The translations under genes were made by a program, and so were the position numbers. Below the pieces are notes generated by a model. It was not told where the DNA came from. It was given only the letters and a program-made list of their open reading frames with translations, and did not search any database. From an uncultured bacterium (lineage in GTDB: Bacteria > Hydrothermota > Tepidihabitantia > Tepidihabitantales > Tepidihabitantaceae): 64,000 nt of DNA. Positions 1 to 8,480 of the stretch are shown in pieces (the stretch's first letter is position 1; the number at the start of each line of letters is the position of its first letter). The stretch is taken from the NCBI GenBank assembly GCA_964590395.1, contig CAZPVT010000005.1, forward strand, positions 182,064 to 246,063. Reading direction: 5' to 3'.

Positions 1-157
1 TCGGGTAGAGCCGGCGTATGCGGACCCTCATCCCGGCTGTAGTTCTGAAGGTTTTCCTCTTCGGTCAGAATCCGTGCCGGGGTGCAGATCTCCTGTAATT
101 TGGAGATAATCGCCGGAGTAAGTTTTCTCGGTTTTAGGCTGTCAGGGATGGCGGTGG

Positions 158-493
158 TTATTTGAGTAGTTCCCCAATTTTGCTGGTTATTATCGGTTCG
201 GGCAGTGCGCCGATTACCCGGTCAAACTCTTTGCCATTTTTGAAGAAAATCAGGGTCGGGATGCTCATTATGCCAAATTTGCCCGCGACAGTTGGGCATT
301 CATCAACATTGACCTTGCCGACCTTCAGTTGTCCGGAATACTTTTCTGCGAGGCGGTCAATTACCGGAGCGAGCATCCGGCAGGGTCCACACCAGGGCGC
401 CCAGAAGTCAACCATGACCGGAATGGTGGAGTTGGTTACTTCCTGGTCAAAGTTGGCATCAGTGATCTGTAACACATTAGTATTTTCTGACAT
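158..493 (-). CDS. trxA: Thioredoxin (WCGPC active site). The likely start is the internal ATG at 493, which follows a GGAG; the ORF track extends to 532.
   Basis: Translation carries the canonical thioredoxin motif FWAPWCGPCR and is thioredoxin-sized. A GGAG lies 7 nt upstream of the ATG at 493. Confidence 0.9.
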   Translation of the reverse strand: MSENTNVLQITDANFDQEVTNSTIPVMVDFWAPWCGPCRMLAPVIDRLAEKYSGQLKVGKVNVDECPTVAGKFGIMSIPTLIFFKNGKEFDRVIGALPEPIITSKIGELLK

Positions 494-506
494 TAAGTAC
501 TCCTTT

Positions 507-1352
507 TTATGGTTTTGTATTTTTTTGACCATTACCGGTTGCCTGACGATTCTGGATCACAATGTCTCCCTTGGTGGTGGTAATGGTGATTGCCGAGGCA
601 CCGGAGCCAATTCTTGCCCGGATGCGCTCTCGGGTCTGTTCTTCGTAATGGACATTATAGCCGGTAATGACCACAGTGCCGTTGGTGGCGGCGGCGTTGA
701 TGTACGCGGAGAGATCCGGTGGCAGGCGCAGGATTATTTTGGCACTGGTGGTGGTTAAGGTGGCGCTGGCGGTAGGTGGGAGTTCAGCAAGGTCACAGTC
801 AATTGCACCGCTGGTGGTGGTGATCGTGATGGCACCAGAGTGCACCTGAACCGTAACCGGGCTGTTGCGGGTCGCAATGCTTGCGGTGCCGGCAGTGCCG
901 ATAAGGGTCACCGGGCTGTTGCTGGTGGTAACCGAAATGCTACCGGTGATACCGCTGACCGTAACTTTGTTGTTGGAGGTGGCAATCGTGGTGCGGGTGC
1001 TGGCAGGTAAATAGGCATCAATTATGGCACCCTGTGGCACACCGCTGGGCGGAAAATTAACCCGTAGGTCCCAGAGATTGTTATTAACCATATCGGTAAC
1101 GGTGATTTTTTCCAGCCGTTTTTGGGCGTCATCTTTGTTTTTGCCGTAGGCATAACAGGTGATTTTTACCGTGGCAAGGGTGTCGGTTGTGGCGGTGATG
1201 GTAACCGCACCGTTTTTCGTCTCAAGGTTTGCCTGAGAAAACTGGTCAGCGGTTCGGGTGTGGGTGGTGGTGTTTTCTGCTTTGTAGGTGTAAAGGCAGG
1301 CAGATAAGAGTAGGATAACGGCTATGATATAAAGCGCGGTAATTCGGTTCAT
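507..1352 (-). CDS. Lipoprotein with repeated beta-strand motifs (DUF4097-like putative adhesin or beta-helix).
   Basis: N-terminal signal with lipobox LLSAC. Repeated V-T-V / S-G-x-I-x-V units are typical of DUF4097. The gene overlaps its upstream neighbour by 4 nt (ATGA). Confidence 0.55.
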   Translation of the reverse strand: MNRITALYIIAVILLLSACLYTYKAENTTTHTRTADQFSQANLETKNGAVTITATTDTLATVKITCYAYGKNKDDAQKRLEKITVTDMVNNNLWDLRVNFPPSGVPQGAIIDAYLPASTRTTIATSNNKVTVSGITGSISVTTSNSPVTLIGTAGTASIATRNSPVTVQVHSGAITITTTSGAIDCDLAELPPTASATLTTTSAKIILRLPPDLSAYINAAATNGTVVITGYNVHYEEQTRERIRARIGSGASAITITTTKGDIVIQNRQATGNGQKNTKP

Positions 1353-2038
1353 TCGGTATGAGTCTCCGGTGCTGGGATGAGGGTAATCCCTAATGAGAAC
1401 CAGGGCCCCTGAATTTTACTGTCCGGAGTATTGGTTATCCGGGCACCGTTGGCGAGTCGCCAGTCAAGATGGAGCGGTGAATAGAGATAGCCGCTGCGCA
1501 GGGATAAGCCATAACTGCCGGTAGTAGTCGGAATAAGCAGGTTTACTTCGAATGCTGCCATTCCGGTAAGTTTTATTCCCGGCGAGATGACGGCAATTTT
1601 GCCTGGTGCGGTCAGCAGGCTGTCCAGATTGAGATCACCGGTTTTCTGGCGCAGGTGAAAACTGGGCTGGACACCGCCGATGCCGATGAGTGGTACAATA
1701 GTGAGGAATTTGAAGATCGGCAGTTTGATGCCGAATTCGCCGAGGATGCCCCAAGTTTCGGTGTGGAGATGGAGTTTTTCGTTCTCCACATTGTCCCAGG
1801 TGCGGAAGTATAATGGTCCGAGCAGGATATTATTACTTACACAGGAGCGCAGTTCAATTCCCCAACCGTAAAGGCGGTTTTTTGCCTGAGGCAACCCTTG
1901 GGCGATAAAACGGTGGTTAAAGCCACTAAGGTCCGGTTGATAGGCACAGGAGAAGGGTATGAGCCAGCCTTCTGGTTCTTGGGGATAAGCGATACCGGTA
2001 ATTAAGAATATCAGGGTTAATGTTACAATCGGACGCAC
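1349..2038 (-). CDS. Secreted protein, possibly an outer-membrane beta-barrel (hypothetical).
   Basis: N-terminal signal peptide and an alternating hydrophobic pattern. It is first in an apparent operon with the lipoprotein and trxA. Confidence 0.4.
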   Translation of the reverse strand: MRPIVTLTLIFLITGIAYPQEPEGWLIPFSCAYQPDLSGFNHRFIAQGLPQAKNRLYGWGIELRSCVSNNILLGPLYFRTWDNVENEKLHLHTETWGILGEFGIKLPIFKFLTIVPLIGIGGVQPSFHLRQKTGDLNLDSLLTAPGKIAVISPGIKLTGMAAFEVNLLIPTTTGSYGLSLRSGYLYSPLHLDWRLANGARITNTPDSKIQGPWFSLGITLIPAPETHTE

Positions 2039-2141
2039 CGCATTAGTATATCTTTATGAAGGCACAATGTCAATCAAGTAGCTAATTGGAGCGCAGGCGT
2101 GAAATTTTGTTCTTTTTATGGCGCGGTTTGTTTGTTGGTTG

Positions 2142-2170
2142 TTGACCGGTTGATTTTCTTTATTTAAAAT
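2142..2170 (+). promoter_or_regulatory. Putative sigma70-type promoter for cysS: TTGACC, 17-nt spacer, TAAAAT. The -10 element ends 7 nt before the ATG, so the transcript may be leaderless.
   Basis: Hexamers read directly at 2142-2147 and 2165-2170. Confidence 0.35.
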
Positions 2171-2177
2171 TCAGTCT

Positions 2178-3566
2178 ATGAAGGTTTACAATACGCTTTC
2201 CCGGCAAAAGGAGGATTTTGTGCCGATTGAGCCGGGCAGAGTGAGGATGTATAACTGCGGTCCGACCGTTTACTGGTTTGCCCATATCGGTAATTTTCGG
2301 GCTTATGTTTTTGCGGATACTTTGCGCCGGGTTTTTGAGTATTTAGGTTATGAGGTAAAGCAGGTGATGAATATCACCGATGTGGGACATCTGACCACGG
2401 ATGATGATTTGGGGGAGGATAAATTGGAGGCTGGAGCGAGAAGAGAGGGCAGAAGTCCGGAGGAGATCGCCCATTTTTATGAAGAGGCATTTTTTGCCGA
2501 TGCTCGGAAGTTGAATATCCAAAGACCCCATATCGTCTGCCGCGCAACCGAACACATCGCGGAGATGGTCGCGCTGATCCAGCGGATTGAGCAAAACGGT
2601 TTTACTTATCAAACCAGTGTGGGGTTGATATTGGATACCGGCAAGTATCCGGATTACTGGCGGCTGGGGAGGTTGAATCTGAGCGAGCAGAAGGCGGGCG
2701 CAAGGGTGGAGATAGATCCGGAGCGAAAAAGTCCGTCTGATTTTGCCCTCTGGATTACCAATCAGCCCAAACATCTGATGCAGTGGGATTCACCGTGGGG
2801 TCGAGGTTTTCCCGGTTGGCATATTGAGTGTTCAGCGATGTCAATGAGGTATCTGGGTGAGGAGTTTGATATTCACACCGGTGGTATCGACCACATTCCT
2901 ATTCATCATACCAATGAACGGGCGCAGAATTTTGCCGCCACCGGTAAGGAGGTGGTGCATTACTGGATGCACAACGCATTTTTGCAACTTGGTGAGTCAA
3001 GGATGGGGAAGTCTGAGGGTAATATTCTCACCGTTACCGAACTGGAGCGGCTGGGTTATGAGCCGCTGGCGTTTAGGTATCTGTGCCATACTGCGCATTA
3101 CCGGATGCCGTTGAATTTCACAATTGAGGCTTTGGATTCAGCCCAGAACGGGCTAAAAGGTTTGCGGGAGATGGGAATTAATGCGGTTAACTGGAGAAGG
3201 GGAGAGGGTGATGATGAGTATCTGAGGAAGGTGGAGGCGGATTTTCACTCGGCAATTGCTGATGACCTCAATATGCCCCAGGCGCTGGCAGCGGTATGGA
3301 ATCTGGTGCGGGAGGGAAACAAAAGACAGGACCGACGGGCGTGGGAGCTGCTGCTGGATTTCGATCGGGTGCTGGGCTTGAATTTGAAGGCAGCGGTTGA
3401 TGCGGTGGGAGAGGTCCCGATTGAGGTTAAAAAACTGGTAGAGGAACGGGAGTTGGCGCGCCGGGCAAAGGATTGGCAAAGGGCAGACCGGTTGCGAGAG
3501 GAGATTGGGAAATTAGGCTACATTATTGAAGACACCAAGGACGGATGGCGATTAAAACATATTTGA
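2178..3566 (+). CDS. cysS: Cysteine--tRNA ligase.
   Basis: N-terminal class I HIGN motif (FAHIGNFR), a KMSKS-like RMGKSEGN motif, and an overall length of 462 aa. Confidence 0.95.
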   Translation: MKVYNTLSRQKEDFVPIEPGRVRMYNCGPTVYWFAHIGNFRAYVFADTLRRVFEYLGYEVKQVMNITDVGHLTTDDDLGEDKLEAGARREGRSPEEIAHFYEEAFFADARKLNIQRPHIVCRATEHIAEMVALIQRIEQNGFTYQTSVGLILDTGKYPDYWRLGRLNLSEQKAGARVEIDPERKSPSDFALWITNQPKHLMQWDSPWGRGFPGWHIECSAMSMRYLGEEFDIHTGGIDHIPIHHTNERAQNFAATGKEVVHYWMHNAFLQLGESRMGKSEGNILTVTELERLGYEPLAFRYLCHTAHYRMPLNFTIEALDSAQNGLKGLREMGINAVNWRRGEGDDEYLRKVEADFHSAIADDLNMPQALAAVWNLVREGNKRQDRRAWELLLDFDRVLGLNLKAAVDAVGEVPIEVKKLVEERELARRAKDWQRADRLREEIGKLGYIIEDTKDGWRLKHI

Positions 3567-3601
3567 CTTGAGGTGGTTTTTTGTTAGATTTATTGTGTTA
3601 G

Positions 3602-3674
<73 letters not shown>

Positions 3675-3684
3675 TTTTATCTTT

Positions 3685-4560
3685 ATGAGTAAAAAGACAC
3701 TGATTATCATTGTCGTTTTAACCACGCTGGGAACTTTGATCAGTACTGGATTGACGATTGGACTGTTGATTGCCGGGCTGGGTGATGAGTCGCCGGCGGG
3801 TACTAAGGCACTCGGTTATGTAACAATTGAGGGAGTGCTCCGCGACAGCCGGGAGACGGTACGGCAGTTACGGATACTGGCAAAGAAGCCGCAGATAAAA
3901 GGGATTTTAATTCGGGTGGAAAGTCCGGGTGGGGGGGTGACCGCAGCGCATGAGATTTACTCGGAGATAAAACGGATTCGTGAGAAGGGGAAAACGGTGG
4001 TGGTTTCAATGGGGACAGTTGCCGCTTCCGGTGGGTATTACATTGCCACGGGCGCGGATGCGATCGTTGCCAATCCCGGGACATTGACCGGTTCAATCGG
4101 GGTGATTATGGAGTTGCCGGTAGTGCGCGGATTCTTGGATAAAATCGGTATGAAGGTTGAGGTGATTAAGTCCCGGGAGGCAAAGGATGTCGGTTCGCCT
4201 TTTCGGGAGATGAGCGAGCAAGATCGGAAAATTTTGCAGGGCGTGGTCAGCGATGTGTATGAGCAGTTTGTTGACATCGTTGCGCGGGAACGAAAAATTC
4301 CATTGGACAGTCTGATGAGGATCGCAGATGGCCGGATAATGACTGGCAGACAGGCAAGACAGTTCGGACTGGTGGATACACTGGGAACGCTGGAAGATGC
4401 CAAGCAGATTTTGGCGGAGCGGTGTGGAATTAAGGGCGAACCAAAATGGGTTAAATCCCAACCGAGGCTGAATTATCTATTGCGGCAATTTTTTGAGGAG
4501 ATGACCGGCTGGCTACCGGCAAGGGGAGAAACACCCGTGGTTTATTACCGCTGGTTTTAG
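3685..4560 (+). CDS. sppA: Signal peptide peptidase SppA (S49 family, 36K type).
   Basis: N-terminal TM segment and ClpP/crotonase-fold S49 motifs (MGTVAASGGYYIA). Confidence 0.85.
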   Translation: MSKKTLIIIVVLTTLGTLISTGLTIGLLIAGLGDESPAGTKALGYVTIEGVLRDSRETVRQLRILAKKPQIKGILIRVESPGGGVTAAHEIYSEIKRIREKGKTVVVSMGTVAASGGYYIATGADAIVANPGTLTGSIGVIMELPVVRGFLDKIGMKVEVIKSREAKDVGSPFREMSEQDRKILQGVVSDVYEQFVDIVARERKIPLDSLMRIADGRIMTGRQARQFGLVDTLGTLEDAKQILAERCGIKGEPKWVKSQPRLNYLLRQFFEEMTGWLPARGETPVVYYRWF

Positions 4561-4561
4561 T

Positions 4562-4969
4562 TTAACCACCGGAACCACCGGGGCCACCGATCAGCGGCTT
4601 GGGCCTGGTGGCGGTGCGGAGCAAGCGCCGGGTTTTAGTCAATAACCGGTGGGCAAGGCGCAGGTTTTTCCCCATAGTTTTGATATCCGTGGTTTGTTTG
4701 TTTTTTTCGATCAGGTCGCGTGCCTGATTTAATTGCGCCTCCGCTTCGGTAATTAACTGGCTACTTCCCGGCGGTAAGGGAACAGCCCGTGCCTGGGCTA
4801 ATCTGGCAAATAGTTCGTTGATGTTCTGTTCCGTCCTTTGGGTCTGATATTGCAGGTCTTTAAACGTAATGATTTTACGCTGGGTTCTTTTGCCACCGAG
4901 TAGGAGAAATAGGGTGCCCACGACTACCAGGATGGCGGTAATTGTCCAAATGATCACTCTTATCTTCAC
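4562..4969 (-). CDS. Small bitopic protein: N-terminal TM helix, helical region, Gly-rich C-terminal tail (hypothetical).
   Basis: ORF lying downstream of secA on the same strand. No recognisable family. Confidence 0.4.
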   Translation of the reverse strand: MKIRVIIWTITAILVVVGTLFLLLGGKRTQRKIITFKDLQYQTQRTEQNINELFARLAQARAVPLPPGSSQLITEAEAQLNQARDLIEKNKQTTDIKTMGKNLRLAHRLLTKTRRLLRTATRPKPLIGGPGGSGG

Positions 4970-5031
4970 TGCGACTCCTTCGGTTTTTCGGGCAGGGGGT
5001 CATCGCGACACCCCTGCCCGGTTACAAGTTA

Positions 5032-5403
5032 TTACCTTTTCTTCTTTGCTAACCGCTTGAGTTTTTTCACCTCTTTGATGTAGTCTTGGATCTCTTCGCG
5101 CTTTTTGGTGAGTTCTTCGGGTGTAGTTAGCGTTTGAAACTCCTGTAATGCGGTTTGCGCTTTGGCGATCAATTCTTGCGCTGCCGGCTGATCCTCGGGT
5201 GCGATGTCAGGGATGTCATCGTTTAGATTCTCAATCGTTTTAGTGAGACGTTTGACTTCCTTGGGAATGTCTTCAACTTCTACAACTCTTTTACCTATTC
5301 GGGCTTCCTGGGCACGTGTCCTAAGGACCCACACCGCCACGACGATGACGATGATGCCGAGAATCACATATAGTATGATTCGGCTGGTCGGGATTTTTGC
5401 CAT
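5032..5403 (-). CDS. Small bitopic coiled-coil protein with a Lys-rich tail (hypothetical).
   Basis: ORF lying 12 nt after the secA stop. N-terminal TM helix followed by a charged helical region. Confidence 0.4.
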   Translation of the reverse strand: MAKIPTSRIILYVILGIIVIVVAVWVLRTRAQEARIGKRVVEVEDIPKEVKRLTKTIENLNDDIPDIAPEDQPAAQELIAKAQTALQEFQTLTTPEELTKKREEIQDYIKEVKKLKRLAKKKR

Positions 5404-5415
5404 TTCTCCTCCTTT

Positions 5416-8400
5416 TTATTTGTTTGCCTTGGTTTTGCTATTCGCAGAAGGTGCTGGTACCCTTCCGCAACAGTACTTGTGTTTTTTACCTGAACCACAG
5501 GGGCAGGGATCGTTCCGCCCCACCTTGGGCGTCTGCCGGCGAAGTGTCCTGCCAGTGGATGACGCTGTTTGAGAAGTCGCTTCGCCAGCGGTTTCCGGTT
5601 TGAATGCCCGAACTGACATCCGGCTCGGTTGACCGAGTCGGTCTTCACCGCTCTTCGGATCAACCCGGAAGAGAACTCTTAAGGCGTTCTGATAAAACTC
5701 CTGCATTGTTTCACTGAATAGCCGAAAGGACTCCTGTTTATACTCAACAAGTGGGTCTTTTTGACCATAAGCCTGCAGTCCAATCCCTTCGCGCAGAATG
5801 TCCAGTTGATGCAGATGGTCACGCCACGCCTCATCCAGGGTTGCAAGAAACACCCGACGACACCATTCAGTAAATAACTCAACGCCGATCTCCTGTGCCA
5901 AGTCTGTGTAGCGCTGCTTGCCACTATTTAAAAGATACTCTTTTAACTGCTGTTGGTCAAGATATTCGTTGCTTTGTTGAATCGTCGAGATGTCGGTTAA
6001 AAATGTTTTTAGCATTGCCTCGCGGAGTCTGTCCCAGTTCCACCCTTGAGATTTGCGTTCAGGAGCAAAATGCTGGATCAGCAGGTCAACATAGGCCTCC
6101 AGGATGTCATTGAAGACCCCGGTCAGGTCTCGTTCTTTGAGAATGGTGTCCCGGAGAGTGTAAATTACCTCGCGCTGACGGTTCATCACATCATCATATT
6201 CCAAGAGGTGGCGGCGGATTTCCGCGTTGCGAATTTCCACCCGTTTCTGGGCATTGGCGATAACCTTAGTTACCAGACGATTCTCCACAGGTTCGTCTTC
6301 CTTGGGTGCCCAGCGGTCGATGATCGCTGCCATCCGGTCGCTGCCAAAAAGACGAAGGAGATCATCTTCAAAAGACAGGAAGAAGCGTGATGAACCAGGG
6401 TCTCCCTGACGACCTGATCTGCCGCGTAATTGGTCGTCAATCCGGCGTGCCTCATGCCGTTCTGTGCCAATTACATAAAGACCGCACGGCACCTCTTCAT
6501 AACAGCGATCGGGTTTTTCCTCCCAGTAGGGACATTTGCCGTCGTGGGAGATCAGATAACATCTTTCACCTTTTACAACACCTTTGCCAAGTTTTATGTC
6601 GGTGCCCCTTCCTGCCATATTGGTTGCGATGGTTACCGCACCGGGTTCACCAGCATGAGCAATTATCTGGCTCTCTGCTTCGTGATTTTTGGCATTGAGA
6701 ATGGAGTAGCGGATGCCAGTTGGCCGTAATAAGCGATCCAGTTCTTCCGAAGCTTGAACCGAGGTGGTGCCGACAAGGATTGGTCGGTCCAGTTTGTGCC
6801 ATTTGAGGATCTCTTTGACTATCGCCTGATACTTTGCCTTCTTTGTTCGAAATACGACATCCGGATGGTCAATCCTTCTAACTGGTGCATTGGTGGGGAT
6901 TTCAATTGCCTCCAGTTTATAGACATTGTAGAGTTCGGCGGCAATGCTCATTGCGGTACCGGACATACCAGCAAGTTTTTTATACATCCGGAAATAGTTT
7001 TGCAGGGTAATAGTGCCGAAGGTCTGGGTTTCTTCGCGTACCTGCACTTGTTCCTTTGCTTCTAGGGCCTCGTGTAAGCCGTCAGAGAACCTTCTGCCCG
7101 GCATCAGTCTGCCGGTGAACTCGTCAACGATCACCACCTGACCATCTGGTGTAAGCACATAATCAACATCTTTTTCAAAAAGGGCATAGGCTTTTAAAAG
7201 CGCCGCGATATTAGCCAGACGCTCACTCTTTTCCGCATATTTACGGTAGGTTTCTTCTTTCCGTTTTGCCTTTTCCTGTGGTGAGAGGGTGGGGTCGATA
7301 TCCCATTTGGAAAGTTCGGTGCTTAAATCCGGTAAAACGAACATATCCGGGTCGTGGGGTGAGAGGGCGGCACGTCCCTTGTCGGTCAATTCAACCGAAT
7401 GGTCCCGTTCATCAATGACAAAGAAGAGTCCCGCATCGACCTCGGGGAGTTTTTTGTCGCGACGGATGATGCCGTCAGTCTGGTCAATCGTTCTTTTGAC
7501 ACCTTCTTCCTGCTGGACGCGCAGCAAGCGCCGGTTTTTTGGGGAGCCGCGCAAAGCCTGGAGAAATTTTACTCCGGCTTCAAAGTTTTTGCCTAAGCGC
7601 CACAGGCGTTCCCCTTCGTCGACGATGCGGTCAACTAAACGGTCCTGTTCACGAAAGAGACGGTTGACCATCGGCACCAGTTCTTGAAGTTGTTTTTGTT
7701 TGGAGAAGCCAACCGGGCCAGAGATGATTAATGGTGTGCGGGCTTCATCAACCAGTATTATATCGACTTCGTCAATGATTGCGTAATGATGACCGCGTTG
7801 GACTTTGTCTTTGTAGGCAAGCACCATGTTGTCGCGCAGATAGTCAAAGCCGAATTCGTTGTTTGTGCCGTAGGTGATATCACAGACATACTGGGGCCGG
7901 CGTTCATCCGGGGTCATTCCGGTCTGAATATAACCAACGGTTAATCCCAGCGATTCATAAATCGGTCCCATCCATTCCCGATCCCGCCGGGCGAGGTAGT
8001 CGTTAACGGTTACCAGGTGACAGCCTTTCTTTTCCAGCGCATTGAGATATAGCGGCATTGTTGCCACCAGGGTTTTACCCTCACCGGTTTTCATCTCTGC
8101 TACCTTACCTTCGTGGAGCACAATGCCGCCGATCAGTTGGACATCAAACGGTACCATATCCCAGGTAATCTCTTGGTTGGTTACGGTCCACTTTTTGCCG
8201 AACAGCCGGCGACAGGCTTCTTTTACCAGTGCAAATGCCTCGGGTAAAATCGCTTCCAGTGATTCTCCGTCATCTATTCGTTTGACGAACTCCTCGGTTT
8301 TTTTGGGGAGATCTTCATCACTGAGCGAGTGAAAATCTTCGTAGATGGCGTTGATTTCTGCTACCTTTTGCCGAAGACGTTTGACCTCTCTTTCACTTTT

Positions 8401-8433
8401 GGTCGGGATAAATTTTTTCAGTAGCGATACCAT
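5416..8433 (-). CDS. secA: Preprotein translocase ATPase SecA.
   Basis: 1005 aa with DEAD-motor motifs and the C-terminal zinc-binding CPCGSGKKHKYCCG. Confidence 0.97.
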   Translation of the reverse strand: MVSLLKKFIPTKSEREVKRLRQKVAEINAIYEDFHSLSDEDLPKKTEEFVKRIDDGESLEAILPEAFALVKEACRRLFGKKWTVTNQEITWDMVPFDVQLIGGIVLHEGKVAEMKTGEGKTLVATMPLYLNALEKKGCHLVTVNDYLARRDREWMGPIYESLGLTVGYIQTGMTPDERRPQYVCDITYGTNNEFGFDYLRDNMVLAYKDKVQRGHHYAIIDEVDIILVDEARTPLIISGPVGFSKQKQLQELVPMVNRLFREQDRLVDRIVDEGERLWRLGKNFEAGVKFLQALRGSPKNRRLLRVQQEEGVKRTIDQTDGIIRRDKKLPEVDAGLFFVIDERDHSVELTDKGRAALSPHDPDMFVLPDLSTELSKWDIDPTLSPQEKAKRKEETYRKYAEKSERLANIAALLKAYALFEKDVDYVLTPDGQVVIVDEFTGRLMPGRRFSDGLHEALEAKEQVQVREETQTFGTITLQNYFRMYKKLAGMSGTAMSIAAELYNVYKLEAIEIPTNAPVRRIDHPDVVFRTKKAKYQAIVKEILKWHKLDRPILVGTTSVQASEELDRLLRPTGIRYSILNAKNHEAESQIIAHAGEPGAVTIATNMAGRGTDIKLGKGVVKGERCYLISHDGKCPYWEEKPDRCYEEVPCGLYVIGTERHEARRIDDQLRGRSGRQGDPGSSRFFLSFEDDLLRLFGSDRMAAIIDRWAPKEDEPVENRLVTKVIANAQKRVEIRNAEIRRHLLEYDDVMNRQREVIYTLRDTILKERDLTGVFNDILEAYVDLLIQHFAPERKSQGWNWDRLREAMLKTFLTDISTIQQSNEYLDQQQLKEYLLNSGKQRYTDLAQEIGVELFTEWCRRVFLATLDEAWRDHLHQLDILREGIGLQAYGQKDPLVEYKQESFRLFSETMQEFYQNALRVLFRVDPKSGEDRLGQPSRMSVRAFKPETAGEATSQTASSTGRTLRRQTPKVGRNDPCPCGSGKKHKYCCGRVPAPSANSKTKANK

Positions 8434-8480
8434 TTAGCAAAAATTTTAAGGTTAAAATGATGATTTGTAAAGATTTGACA

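Noticed and set aside
1-157. Open reading frames running off the left edge: plus strand to a TAA near 105, and a minus-strand frame open through position 1.
   Set aside because: No start codon or recognisable motif is visible in the visible stretch, so coding status cannot be judged. This is probably the trxA 3' UTR or terminator, or the tail of a gene outside the window.
162-758. 198-aa plus-strand ORF.
   Set aside because: It lies entirely antisense to trxA and the DUF4097 lipoprotein gene, has a Gly/Ser-rich low-complexity translation, and has no start context. It is a shadow ORF of the well-supported minus-strand genes.
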